DNA of 64,000 nucleotides, taken from positions 1,824,001-1,888,000 of the forward strand of contig OZ244207.1 in NCBI GenBank assembly GCA_965216875.1. Reading direction: 5' to 3'. Below, piece after piece: positions 37,542 to 50,642 of this stretch. Within the stretch, counting starts at the first letter, position 1, and each line of letters opens with the position of its first letter. The DNA comes from Rubripirellula sp. Its GTDB lineage: Bacteria; Planctomycetota; Planctomycetia; Pirellulales; Pirellulaceae. Made by a program: the position numbers and the translations under genes. Under the pieces are notes generated by a model, which was not told the DNA's origin, made no database searches, and worked only from the letters and a program-made list of their open reading frames with translations.

Positions 37542-37729
37542 GGATCGTAGTTACGGTGCCATTAGGCGAAGTGCTTGCCCAGGTGAATGCGCGCACCAGC
37601 AATCACCCTCCCGCTTGCGGGAGGGTCGGACGCAAAGTCCGGGAGGGATCGTGATAAAACCAACCCTCTCCGGGCCTTAGAGCCCGACTCTCCCAAGGGA
37701 GAGTGTTCTTTAGACGCTCAGTTTCGAAG
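37542..37729 (-). repeat. Composite dispersed repeat, copy 3 (inverted orientation)
   Basis: Reverse complement of modules A and B seen at 31215-31404. Confidence 0.92.
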
Positions 37730-37905
37730 GCTAATGGAAGGGCAATTGCAATCCGTAGCTCCAGCGCCCGAAGTGATTCCATTCTCGGCCTGCAATTTCG
37801 TTAGGATGGTTGCCAATGATGTGTCGGCGGTTGCGAATACGATGTTCCTTGGCTGGCATAAGGTAGGCGAACTACCGGTACGGATCTCTTCTGGGTGCAA
37901 TAAGA

Positions 37906-38517
37906 TTGGAAAACGTCGAAGCTGGTTCCGAAAACGCAAGCGTTGCGAACGCGGAGGCTGCGAGCGAAGTCGCCGAGCCTGGCGACGCTCAGCCCGAGGC
38001 AATGCCACACGGGGAATACGAGATTGATCTGAGCTGGATTGGGCTCACGCGGCTAGTCAATGGGATCTTTTTCGCCGTGCTGGTACTGGTTCTGACCGGC
38101 GGTGGTGTTGCGCTGATGTTTGCCGTTTCCGGGCTCGCTAAGGTGGCGATCGTCGTCGCTTGGTTGATTCTTGTTGGCATTGCGTTGGTGCATGTCACGG
38201 TCTGGCCCAGGTACGAACATCGGTGGTGGAGCTACGAGGTGGCTCCGGAAGTGCTTCGAATTCGCCACGGCGTGGTGTGGCGATCGACGGTTGCGATCCC
38301 AATCGCTCGCATCCAGCACGTTGATATCCACCGCGGCCCGCTGGAACGAAAATGGGGGCTGGCGTCCCTCAAGATTCACACCGCGGGCACACGAGATGCT
38401 GTGCACACGATTCCTGGCTTGACCGCCGAGGTGGCCGAGCGACTTCGCGACCGACTGATTGAAACCGCGGCTCGCATCATTCGCAAACCCAACGAGGTAT
38501 CGGCGAATGACGAGTGA
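37906..38517 (+). CDS. Bacterial PH domain membrane protein (YdbS-like)
   Basis: 2 TM helices; IRHGVVW...IPIARIQHVDIHRGPLERKWGLASLKIHTAG; start uncertain. Confidence 0.88.
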   Translation: MENVEAGSENASVANAEAASEVAEPGDAQPEAMPHGEYEIDLSWIGLTRLVNGIFFAVLVLVLTGGGVALMFAVSGLAKVAIVVAWLILVGIALVHVTVWPRYEHRWWSYEVAPEVLRIRHGVVWRSTVAIPIARIQHVDIHRGPLERKWGLASLKIHTAGTRDAVHTIPGLTAEVAERLRDRLIETAARIIRKPNEVSANDE

Positions 38518-40240
38518 CGGGGAACCAAAAGCTGACGCCAATGAGGCCTCTTTCCAGCAACCGGAACGCTCTGCCCCCGATGGCACATCGACGACGGCCG
38601 AGACGCCAAATGATGGGGCCGCAATTGCCGAGGACATCTTGGATGACGCGGCGGTCGCTGGGAGTACGGAGACAGCTGAGCGCGTCGCAACGAGCAGCGC
38701 GCACAGCGAGGTCTTCGATAGGCTTCATTGGTCGACCGTTGTCTTGCCGGTCGCTCAAAACTGCATGCGCATGCTTTTCTTTGCGCTTGCTGCTACCTTC
38801 TTCGCTAACGCGATTGGCGTTCTGATCGGTGCGGCTTGCTACGTTGGCATCACTTTCATCAGCTACACAATCCGATTCTTAACGGTTCGGTTCATGACGA
38901 CCAACGATGAATTGGTCATTCGTTCCGGACTGATTGAAAAGAACGAGCGGAAGATTCCGTATTCACGCGTGCAAGAGACGCGATTGCATCAGGGGATACT
39001 TCACCGGCTATTCGGTTTGGTGCGACTGGAAATCAAGACAGCAGGCAGTGACCAGCAAGAGGCAGTGCTAGATGTCATCACCAAGCAACAGGCCGAGCGA
39101 TTGCGATTGGCAGTTGATGGCCGGCACGTTGAAACGAGAGACGAAGAATCGTCATCGATTGCCGAGCCCCAAGAATCGGATTTTCGCACCCACGTTCCGC
39201 TGCGAACACTTGCGCTCGGTGGGCTGACCTCCAATATCGTTGCCTCGATCGGCGGCATGATCGGCATTCTGTTTTACTTTCAAGGGGCCGCTTGGTTTGG
39301 AGACCGTTGGACGAAGATTGATGCACAAATTGAAGAGCGGATTAACGAGCGGGTAAACGATCGGATGCCGTGGTCGGATCTTGAATCCAAGCTGCCTGAC
39401 TACGCGCCGATCAACTATGCGGTTGATTTCTATTTCGAAGAGACGCTCGGCAAAGGGCTTGTCCTGGCACTGTTTGGTCTGGTCGTCTCGGTGACCGTTT
39501 ATGTGGTTCGGTACTACGGCTTCACGCTTACCAGAACCGGGCGGCTGCTTGGATCGAGTTATGGCTTGCTTACGCTTCAAGAAGGCACGCTATCGCGCGA
39601 CCGAATTCAGACGTTGAAGATTGAGGAAGGATTGTTGCGGCGGCCATTCGGGTTGGCATCGGTGCGTGTCGATAGTGCTGGTGACCAACACGAAGTTGAT
39701 GAAGCAAAGAATCGCGCAACTTTGGTCCCGGTGGCAAAGAAGGCATCGATTTTTGAGGTCGCACGACAAGCCATTCCGGGCTTGGATGACCTCGAACCTG
39801 AGTGGCGACGGATTTCGCCGATCGCGATCATGCGGGGGTCGCGCAAGGGGTGGCTAGTCGTGCTGCTCTGTATGATCCAAACTTGGTTTCTGGCCGGCTG
39901 GTTCACACTCGCTTGGTTGCCGGCGTTCGCGCTGGTCTATTTCTTGAACCTGCGTTGGTATCAAAACACGGGCTACTGGCAGGGAGACGATCATTTCCTC
40001 AGCCGTAGGGGCTGGTTGAATCGGTCGACAACCTGTTTGCCAATCAAGAACATTCAGAACATCACCCTGCGGCAGAACTTCTTTGACCGACGTCTCGGGC
40101 TCGCGTCACTGTCGATCGATACAGCGGGACAGTCAAACACAGGCGGCGGGCCAGTGATTCGGCACTTGCCTTTGGTCGAGGCGCAACGAATGCAAGATGA
40201 GTTGGCCATGATTGTGGGAAGCACGCAATCGGCGTGGTAG
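38507..40240 (+). CDS. Bacterial PH domain membrane protein with three bPH_2 domains (YdbT-like)
   Basis: Three 'G-L/W...R/N-I/V-Q...R-x-F/L-GL...T/SAG' repeats separated by TM helices; overlaps the upstream gene. Confidence 0.88.
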   Translation: MTSDGEPKADANEASFQQPERSAPDGTSTTAETPNDGAAIAEDILDDAAVAGSTETAERVATSSAHSEVFDRLHWSTVVLPVAQNCMRMLFFALAATFFANAIGVLIGAACYVGITFISYTIRFLTVRFMTTNDELVIRSGLIEKNERKIPYSRVQETRLHQGILHRLFGLVRLEIKTAGSDQQEAVLDVITKQQAERLRLAVDGRHVETRDEESSSIAEPQESDFRTHVPLRTLALGGLTSNIVASIGGMIGILFYFQGAAWFGDRWTKIDAQIEERINERVNDRMPWSDLESKLPDYAPINYAVDFYFEETLGKGLVLALFGLVVSVTVYVVRYYGFTLTRTGRLLGSSYGLLTLQEGTLSRDRIQTLKIEEGLLRRPFGLASVRVDSAGDQHEVDEAKNRATLVPVAKKASIFEVARQAIPGLDDLEPEWRRISPIAIMRGSRKGWLVVLLCMIQTWFLAGWFTLAWLPAFALVYFLNLRWYQNTGYWQGDDHFLSRRGWLNRSTTCLPIKNIQNITLRQNFFDRRLGLASLSIDTAGQSNTGGGPVIRHLPLVEAQRMQDELAMIVGSTQSAW

Positions 40241-40242
40241 CG

Positions 40243-43194
40243 TCAGTTGGTGTTTCTTGCTTTCGCAATGATCGCCGCATGGGGCTCTGGGATGGGTCGC
40301 ATTTGCTGGTCGACTTTCTTGCCCTGTTTATCTATCGCGTCCGGGTCGGCGCCGGCGGCAAGGAGTTGGTCGAGAACGTTTAGGCTCGCTTGCATCCAGG
40401 ATTCTGGGTCGCGGGGCAAGAACGATTGATACGCATTGTCTCGCCAGAAGACTGAAAAGAGAGGTGTCCTTCCATATCGGTCGCTGACGTTGGGGTCGGC
40501 GCCACGTTCAAGCAGCATCGTCACCAACGGGACATCGAATTGCTCGGTCGCGTGATGCAGCGGCGTTTTGCCATCGTGGTCCTGTTCGTTGATATTGCCG
40601 CCACGCTCAAGGAGTCTTGTGATCTGTTGGAGTTGGCCGTTCTTGGCCGCGGAACAGAGGATGCCAACGTTTTCGTTGAGGTCTGGGGTAACGCCTTGGC
40701 CGGTGAGGTAGCGACAAAAGCCGAATAGGTTCGAACCTGCAGCCAGTCGATAGTAATCGTCTTCGTTCTTGAGTCGGCCGTTGGCAGACAATGATCGTTC
40801 GGCAAGGAAAATGCAGAGATCCAGTCGATCGGTTTGGTCTCCCCAACGGCGCGTGCCAGAAATCGCCGATGCGAGCGGGGTTTGGCCACGCGATGACTTG
40901 GCCAAAGGATCGGCCCCGAAATGGAGCAGGGATTTGCAAATCTCAAAATTTCCAGCCCTCGCATGCAAGTGAAGCGGAGTTTGATTCAGCGCATCAGTGA
41001 TTGCCGTCCAATCTTTGTTGCGGGTCGCGGCGACGGCGGCGAGCATCGGGAACATCTTGGGCCGGCCAGCGTCGACATTCCTCGTCGATCCATTTCCTGA
41101 CCGAGTGGAAATGTGCAACGCGGTATCGCCGCCATAGTACGGCCGCGAATCAGATTGACGCAGCGGATCTGCGCCTGCCGCCAAGAGCATTTGCACGCAC
41201 CGCGATGCACTGAAACGAACCGCTTCGTGCAAAACTGTGAAACCGCGTCGGTTTGCCGAGTTGATCTCGAGCAATCGCTGGCCACTTTCATTTTCGAAAC
41301 CGTGTTCGAGAAAGAGTTCAAGCACATCCCAATGGTCGTTGTAAACCGCCGCATAGAGCGGGCTGTTGCCATGCAGAAAGTACTCGGTGTTGGAGTCGTA
41401 CTCGTACGAGTCGAAAGCAATCGGTTGCCAGAGGTCTTCAGCAGGAAAGGTCTCTAGCAGGTACTTGCAATATTCGTAGTCGCCGCAGAGCGCTGCATGG
41501 TAAAGCGGGTGCGCATAGTCATGGTCGTTGTTGTACCCGGCACTTGTATCGAATGCATCGGGATAGGTGTCCGGAAGGCCGCATGCAATCGCAAGATCAA
41601 GGAGTTCTCGATCGGCGCGCTGATGATAGAGTCTTCGTAAAAGGGCGTGGTCAGCGTCACGGTCGACCTTCAGCTCCGCGCCCTGCTCGACGATGCGCTT
41701 GCAGAGTTGAAAGTTGCCGCCCCCAAAGGCCGCACGAAGCAACACGTCGTCATAAACAATTGGCTTGGCGGCTTCGATCAAGCGAAAGAGTTCAAGATGA
41801 CCAGCACTCGCCGCGACCCGCTCCGGCTGACCTACCGGATACAGACTCTTGAGAGTAGCGCCTGCTTCGATGAGTCGCTTGACGATTGCGAGTCGGGTGG
41901 ATCGGTCGGAAGTTTGAGCCTGTGAAGCGTAGATAAAGGATTGAATCGCGTGCCCCATAGGCTTGAAATCGTCGAGCGGAGCGCCGGCGTCGATGACCTT
42001 GTTGACCATGTCAAGCTGTCCCGATCCGACAGCCAAGTAAAGAAACGCAGGCTCTTGCTTGCTGATTGAATTGAATGCCGCTCCGCGTTCGACCAACAAA
42101 TCGACTGTCTCGGTGGAACCTGACCTGATCGCGAGATGGATGGGGCGCATCTGCGAATTGTCATACATCGGCTGCGAAGGATCGAAGCCTTGATCGAGCA
42201 GATAAACACAAATCTCGGGATTCCCGGCATCTGCTGCCGCATGAAGCAGATTGCGTTGGCGCATTTTGGCTTCGAGATCGGCACCGGCTGCGACAAGACG
42301 CTGAAGCTCTCGTAGGTTGCCGCGTTGGACAGCAGCGAATAGCGACTCGGTCGTTCGTCGTTCCTTCGGACGTGCTGCTTCAACGCGCTTGACGATCCGC
42401 GGTTCTGGGCAACAGGCGAGCAAGTCGCTCAGCGAAAACCGAATCGGGGTGAGTTCGGGAAAAGGTGCCTCAGGGATTTCACGGTCGCATTCAACAACCT
42501 TGTCAACCAAACGAAATTGATCGTGGTAGAGGGTTTTGTCAAACGGGATCTTGGCGTCGTTGGCCAACAACAATTCAAAAACATCGAGCGAACCCGATTC
42601 GATTGCGCCGATAATCGGCGTCTTTGCGCTGGTGTTTTGATGATTGGGGTTGCAGCCAGACTGCAGCAGGAGCGAAACGATGCGCTCGTTCCCCGACCGA
42701 GCCGCAACGTAGAGTGGCGTTTGGCTCCACCGGTTCTTGCCTGAGTAGGGAGCGTAGAGCGGAGGGATGATGTGAACGCCTCGTGTGATGAGCAACTCGA
42801 CGAGGTCGGCCTGTCCTGTGCGAATCGCGGTGAAAACGATCGGCTCGCCACCGTCGTTCCAATTCACGTCGAGCGTCTCTGCGGTGGCCAACTGGTAGGC
42901 AATCGGGTCTTCACGCTCGATGGCGTCTCTAAGTTCAGCGATGCTGCGATCCTGCTGAAAAGGAAGACCGTACGTCGGAAACTGGTCGCGAAGCACGGCC
43001 ATCGCTTCTGTATCAAGAAGCCAGGGGTTGCTGGGGCGTTTTGCCGGGGGCGTTGGTAATTCGTCTGTTGCGACCGCGACCTCGCGAGGCCGGGGACGCT
43101 CGTTGGTGCGATTGAAATACACCAACGAAGCAGCAATCAATACGATCAAAAAGACAGCGGCAAGTAGAATGGTTGCGTTTTTCAACGTAGACAC
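40243..43194 (-). CDS. Membrane-anchored ankyrin repeat protein
   Basis: N-terminal TM; many TPLH/TPLY-x-A...LL-x-x-GAD-P/I-N repeats. Confidence 0.92.
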   Translation of the reverse strand: MSTLKNATILLAAVFLIVLIAASLVYFNRTNERPRPREVAVATDELPTPPAKRPSNPWLLDTEAMAVLRDQFPTYGLPFQQDRSIAELRDAIEREDPIAYQLATAETLDVNWNDGGEPIVFTAIRTGQADLVELLITRGVHIIPPLYAPYSGKNRWSQTPLYVAARSGNERIVSLLLQSGCNPNHQNTSAKTPIIGAIESGSLDVFELLLANDAKIPFDKTLYHDQFRLVDKVVECDREIPEAPFPELTPIRFSLSDLLACCPEPRIVKRVEAARPKERRTTESLFAAVQRGNLRELQRLVAAGADLEAKMRQRNLLHAAADAGNPEICVYLLDQGFDPSQPMYDNSQMRPIHLAIRSGSTETVDLLVERGAAFNSISKQEPAFLYLAVGSGQLDMVNKVIDAGAPLDDFKPMGHAIQSFIYASQAQTSDRSTRLAIVKRLIEAGATLKSLYPVGQPERVAASAGHLELFRLIEAAKPIVYDDVLLRAAFGGGNFQLCKRIVEQGAELKVDRDADHALLRRLYHQRADRELLDLAIACGLPDTYPDAFDTSAGYNNDHDYAHPLYHAALCGDYEYCKYLLETFPAEDLWQPIAFDSYEYDSNTEYFLHGNSPLYAAVYNDHWDVLELFLEHGFENESGQRLLEINSANRRGFTVLHEAVRFSASRCVQMLLAAGADPLRQSDSRPYYGGDTALHISTRSGNGSTRNVDAGRPKMFPMLAAVAATRNKDWTAITDALNQTPLHLHARAGNFEICKSLLHFGADPLAKSSRGQTPLASAISGTRRWGDQTDRLDLCIFLAERSLSANGRLKNEDDYYRLAAGSNLFGFCRYLTGQGVTPDLNENVGILCSAAKNGQLQQITRLLERGGNINEQDHDGKTPLHHATEQFDVPLVTMLLERGADPNVSDRYGRTPLFSVFWRDNAYQSFLPRDPESWMQASLNVLDQLLAAGADPDAIDKQGKKVDQQMRPIPEPHAAIIAKARNTN

Positions 43195-43336
43195 CTCGCA
43201 ATGATTAACACCACGATAGCGGCGATCTCGATTCGATGCTCAAAATTTGCGCCTAGGTCGCCTTAGAATGGTGCCTTGAGTTTTGGCGACCTGCGGCGAT
43301 GCGGGGCGAAACGACACCAGATGAAACAACGGTGGG

Positions 43337-43483
43337 ATGAAAATGGAAGTGTTGGGATTTACGTTTGGAATGGCGGGAATGACCTTTGGGCTGCTCGGCT
43401 TCGTCTTGGCTGTCAACGCCGGTGCGAAAGTCGATGCGTTGGAGGCGAAGCTACGAGATGCCGATTCGGGTGCGTCAAGCTAG
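43337..43483 (+). CDS. Small single-TM protein (48 aa), missing from the ORF track
   Basis: MKMEVLGFTFGMAGMTFGLLGFVLAVNAGAKVDALEAKLRDADSGASS*; hydrophobic helix plus short coiled-coil-like tail. Confidence 0.55.
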   Translation: MKMEVLGFTFGMAGMTFGLLGFVLAVNAGAKVDALEAKLRDADSGASS

Positions 43484-43540
43484 TGCTACAGATTGCAACA
43501 ACGCTTCCATCAGCAGAAAACCTTGCCAAAGTTCACGCGA

Positions 43541-43637
43541 CGGAGCCGCGACTCGCGTGTAAGCAACCGGGCCCTACTCGCTTTCACCCTGGCTGCGCAT
43601 CGGCAAGGGCCCGAGGCATCACGGCCAACGGTTCACG
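43541..43637. repeat. Degenerate inverted REP-like doublet (CGTGAGCCG...CGGGCCC family)
   Basis: CGGAGCCGCG...CCGGGCCC (43541-43574) facing GGGCCCG...CGGTTCACG (43607-43637). Confidence 0.45.
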
Positions 43638-43700
43638 GGCACTGCCCAAACCGCTCAAGATGTGGCTTCCTCGACCGGTTCCGATCAGCGACCTGACTTG

Positions 43701-45542
43701 TCATTGGGAAGCTTTTTCCGTGGGTAGCTCCAACAGACGCGCGATCGGATAGCGTCGGTACTCTGGTTCATTGTGCTTGGATCTCTCGTAAAGAAACCGC
43801 AGTTGGGCATCGCGATCGTTGGCGAAATCGGCGTCGGTCTCTCTTTTGGTTTCAAAGTCTTTCCGCAAACTGGAGTCCTCGGTCAGCATCTTTTCTGCGG
43901 TCTCTTCGAACACGTAGCCCGAAAAGTATTCCTTGCGCTGGAGAATGGAGTCGAACTCGTTCCAGCGGAAGAGCGAATCGCTCGCTTCCGGTTCGAGAGT
44001 CTCAACGATGTAGCGGCTGCGCCACTGATCGAGTGGAACGATGACATCGCTCGCCATCACATTGACCTGACAACGGTTCGCTTCCACCGAGACGTTGTCG
44101 TGAAAATAGTGCCCCTCGTAGGGTGAGGTCCGCGAGCTAAAGTCAGTGATCGAATAGACCTCGGCGCTGAGTGAGGTCTCCTCCTTCGCCACGATCATCG
44201 CGACGCCATTGGTTTTCAGCCGATCGATGACTCGACGCCAGCCGCGCGGGACGAGGTAGCCTCGCGGCAACTCGACAGTGGTTGCGGGAATGTAATGATT
44301 GTGAAACGGGATCGATCGAACGAATGGCTTTGCGCGATCATAGAAAAGCCGTTTGCCAGTTGTAACACTGCTGTCGACATACGAAGCGGCGAAGCCATGA
44401 AACATCAGATCCGTCTTGACTGAACGGTCGAGTTTCCATTGCAGTGTCGCCTGTTTCTGTCCTTGGTAGGCGGTCCGATCGCGTGACTGAAGCAGATCGA
44501 TTGCCTTGCGGTGGCGGACGAGAAGATCGGCGGCTTCTTCCAAGAAAGCGAGGGTCGCTCGAACCCGCGTTGGGAATGGCTTGAGCATATGCGTTTCGGT
44601 CATGAACCCAATGGTCTGGAACAGAGCCGCGTAACCTGTTGAATAGCGCGGCGTGTCCAGGAACTGGCTGTATCCTTGCTCGGGAGGCTTGCCGCCAGAG
44701 TTCACATAGGGAACGGTTGGGAAGCCACGTTGGTTCATGCGTTCAAACAGCTGCGGCTGAAACGTTCCGTCAAGAAACTGGCCCAGTTCGAATCCAAGCT
44801 TGTCTTTCTGGCTGTGGGCCGTCGTCATCACATGTTGGTAATCGGCTCCGTTGGAAACATGGGTGTCGATCAACAAGTCCGGTTGTAGCAACTGAAAGAG
44901 CGCCGCAAAGCTGCGCGCGTTTTCCGTGTCGCACTTGATAAAGTCTCGATTCAAGTCGAAGTTGCGCGCGTTGCCGCGAAAGCCATAGCGTGCTGGTCCA
45001 TTTTGGTTCGCGCGTGAATGCTCATTCCGATTCAGCGCCCCGCCAATGTTGTAAACCGGAATGATGGCGACCACCAACGCATCGAGCAGCTTTGCGTTTT
45101 CGGGTTGAGTCGCGAGGTCCCGTGCGAACGCCATCGACGCATCGATCCCATCGGGTTCACCCGGATGGATCGCATTGTTGATCAACAGAACCGAACGATC
45201 GAGCGACGCGATCTGAGCAAGCGAACGCGGAGCATCGGAAACCAGCACGACACGCAAGGGCTCGCCCGAATCGGTCAAACCAAACGTCTGGATCGAGACA
45301 CCTTGGTGAGCCTCTGCAAGTCCTTCGTAAAATGCGATCGTCGAGTGATAGTCCGAAGAGACGCGTCCGTCACTCGATTCGAAGGGAGTGATCAGCGTGT
45401 CGGCGGCGCGGCTCGGATTGGGCTGCTGAGCGGGAGCTGGTTGCTGTTTTGGCGCCGCTTGCTGGGAGAACGCGATGGGGTGACCGATCAGGCTGACGCC
45501 GAGAATCGAGACTACAAGTCGGCTCAATCGCTGAAGATTCAT
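43701..45542 (-). CDS. Secreted M14 family zinc carboxypeptidase
   Basis: Signal peptide; IHPGE (HxxE), NIGG, DLNRDF, IDTHVSNG, ETHMLK. Confidence 0.9.
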   Translation of the reverse strand: MNLQRLSRLVVSILGVSLIGHPIAFSQQAAPKQQPAPAQQPNPSRAADTLITPFESSDGRVSSDYHSTIAFYEGLAEAHQGVSIQTFGLTDSGEPLRVVLVSDAPRSLAQIASLDRSVLLINNAIHPGEPDGIDASMAFARDLATQPENAKLLDALVVAIIPVYNIGGALNRNEHSRANQNGPARYGFRGNARNFDLNRDFIKCDTENARSFAALFQLLQPDLLIDTHVSNGADYQHVMTTAHSQKDKLGFELGQFLDGTFQPQLFERMNQRGFPTVPYVNSGGKPPEQGYSQFLDTPRYSTGYAALFQTIGFMTETHMLKPFPTRVRATLAFLEEAADLLVRHRKAIDLLQSRDRTAYQGQKQATLQWKLDRSVKTDLMFHGFAASYVDSSVTTGKRLFYDRAKPFVRSIPFHNHYIPATTVELPRGYLVPRGWRRVIDRLKTNGVAMIVAKEETSLSAEVYSITDFSSRTSPYEGHYFHDNVSVEANRCQVNVMASDVIVPLDQWRSRYIVETLEPEASDSLFRWNEFDSILQRKEYFSGYVFEETAEKMLTEDSSLRKDFETKRETDADFANDRDAQLRFLYERSKHNEPEYRRYPIARLLELPTEKASQ

Positions 45543-45764
45543 GCTGTTGACTACTCATCGTTCCGTTTAGAGGAACAAGAGTATAGCGGCCCATTTGAGC
45601 GAGTCGGGAATCGCTCGTGTGCTGGCGGTGGCGAGCGTCGTCAATCACCGCATGAGGGTATGGTTCACGCGACCTAGGGGGCGATTTTGTAACGCTTCGT
45701 GTCCGATGCGGCGGGACGAAGTGAAAGTGCCAAAATCTTGAGTACCTGGCCCGGGGCAGATCGG

Positions 45765-45977
45765 TTATTCGATCGCACCACCCTGTCCGTAATCGACGGG
45801 AATCAATTCAACATCTTCTTCGGGCGCAAACGACTCGATCTCAGGAGATTCTGGTTCATCCCCTGACGCATATCGAATGAGCTCAGCATGTTCCTTGTCC
45901 GACTTGCGGTACATGTTGCCACTAAACAGGAACAGTTGACCAACATTCAGTTGTTGGAAGTGTTGAATCTCTAGCAT
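45765..45977 (-). CDS. Small acidic hypothetical protein (70 aa)
   Basis: Protein-like ORF (FQQLNVGQLFLFSGNMYRK) filling the gap; co-oriented with its neighbours. Confidence 0.6.
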   Translation of the reverse strand: MLEIQHFQQLNVGQLFLFSGNMYRKSDKEHAELIRYASGDEPESPEIESFAPEEDVELIPVDYGQGGAIE

Positions 45978-46082
45978 GTGTGATGATCGCAGTACAAACT
46001 AAAACGACCTCCTGTCGCTCCACAGACGAGTCTGAGTGAGTCTATATGACGGATCCGAGGCGATAGAATGATTCGGGCTTCA

Positions 46083-46100
46083 GTTGCGGTAAACCGCAAC
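46083..46100. terminator. Hairpin downstream of the sulfatase fusion gene
   Basis: GTTGCGG-TAAA-CCGCAAC. Confidence 0.45.
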
Positions 46101-46117
46101 GGGTGTTGCGTAAGCGA

Positions 46118-50458
<4,341 letters not shown>

Positions 50459-50642
50459 GTTGGATGCGACCGAATGCGGAGGGGAGGGCGGGGCAAGGGG
50501 AGGGAACCCTAGGATACCAGCTCGACGCGGCAACGATGTGTGAACCCTGGCCGGGTGCAGCTCGTAGTGAAGCAAGTCATGTTTCCGGAGACTTTGGTAG
50601 TCGCTGGGCGAATAGGGAATCGCGATCAAAGGGAGACAGGAA

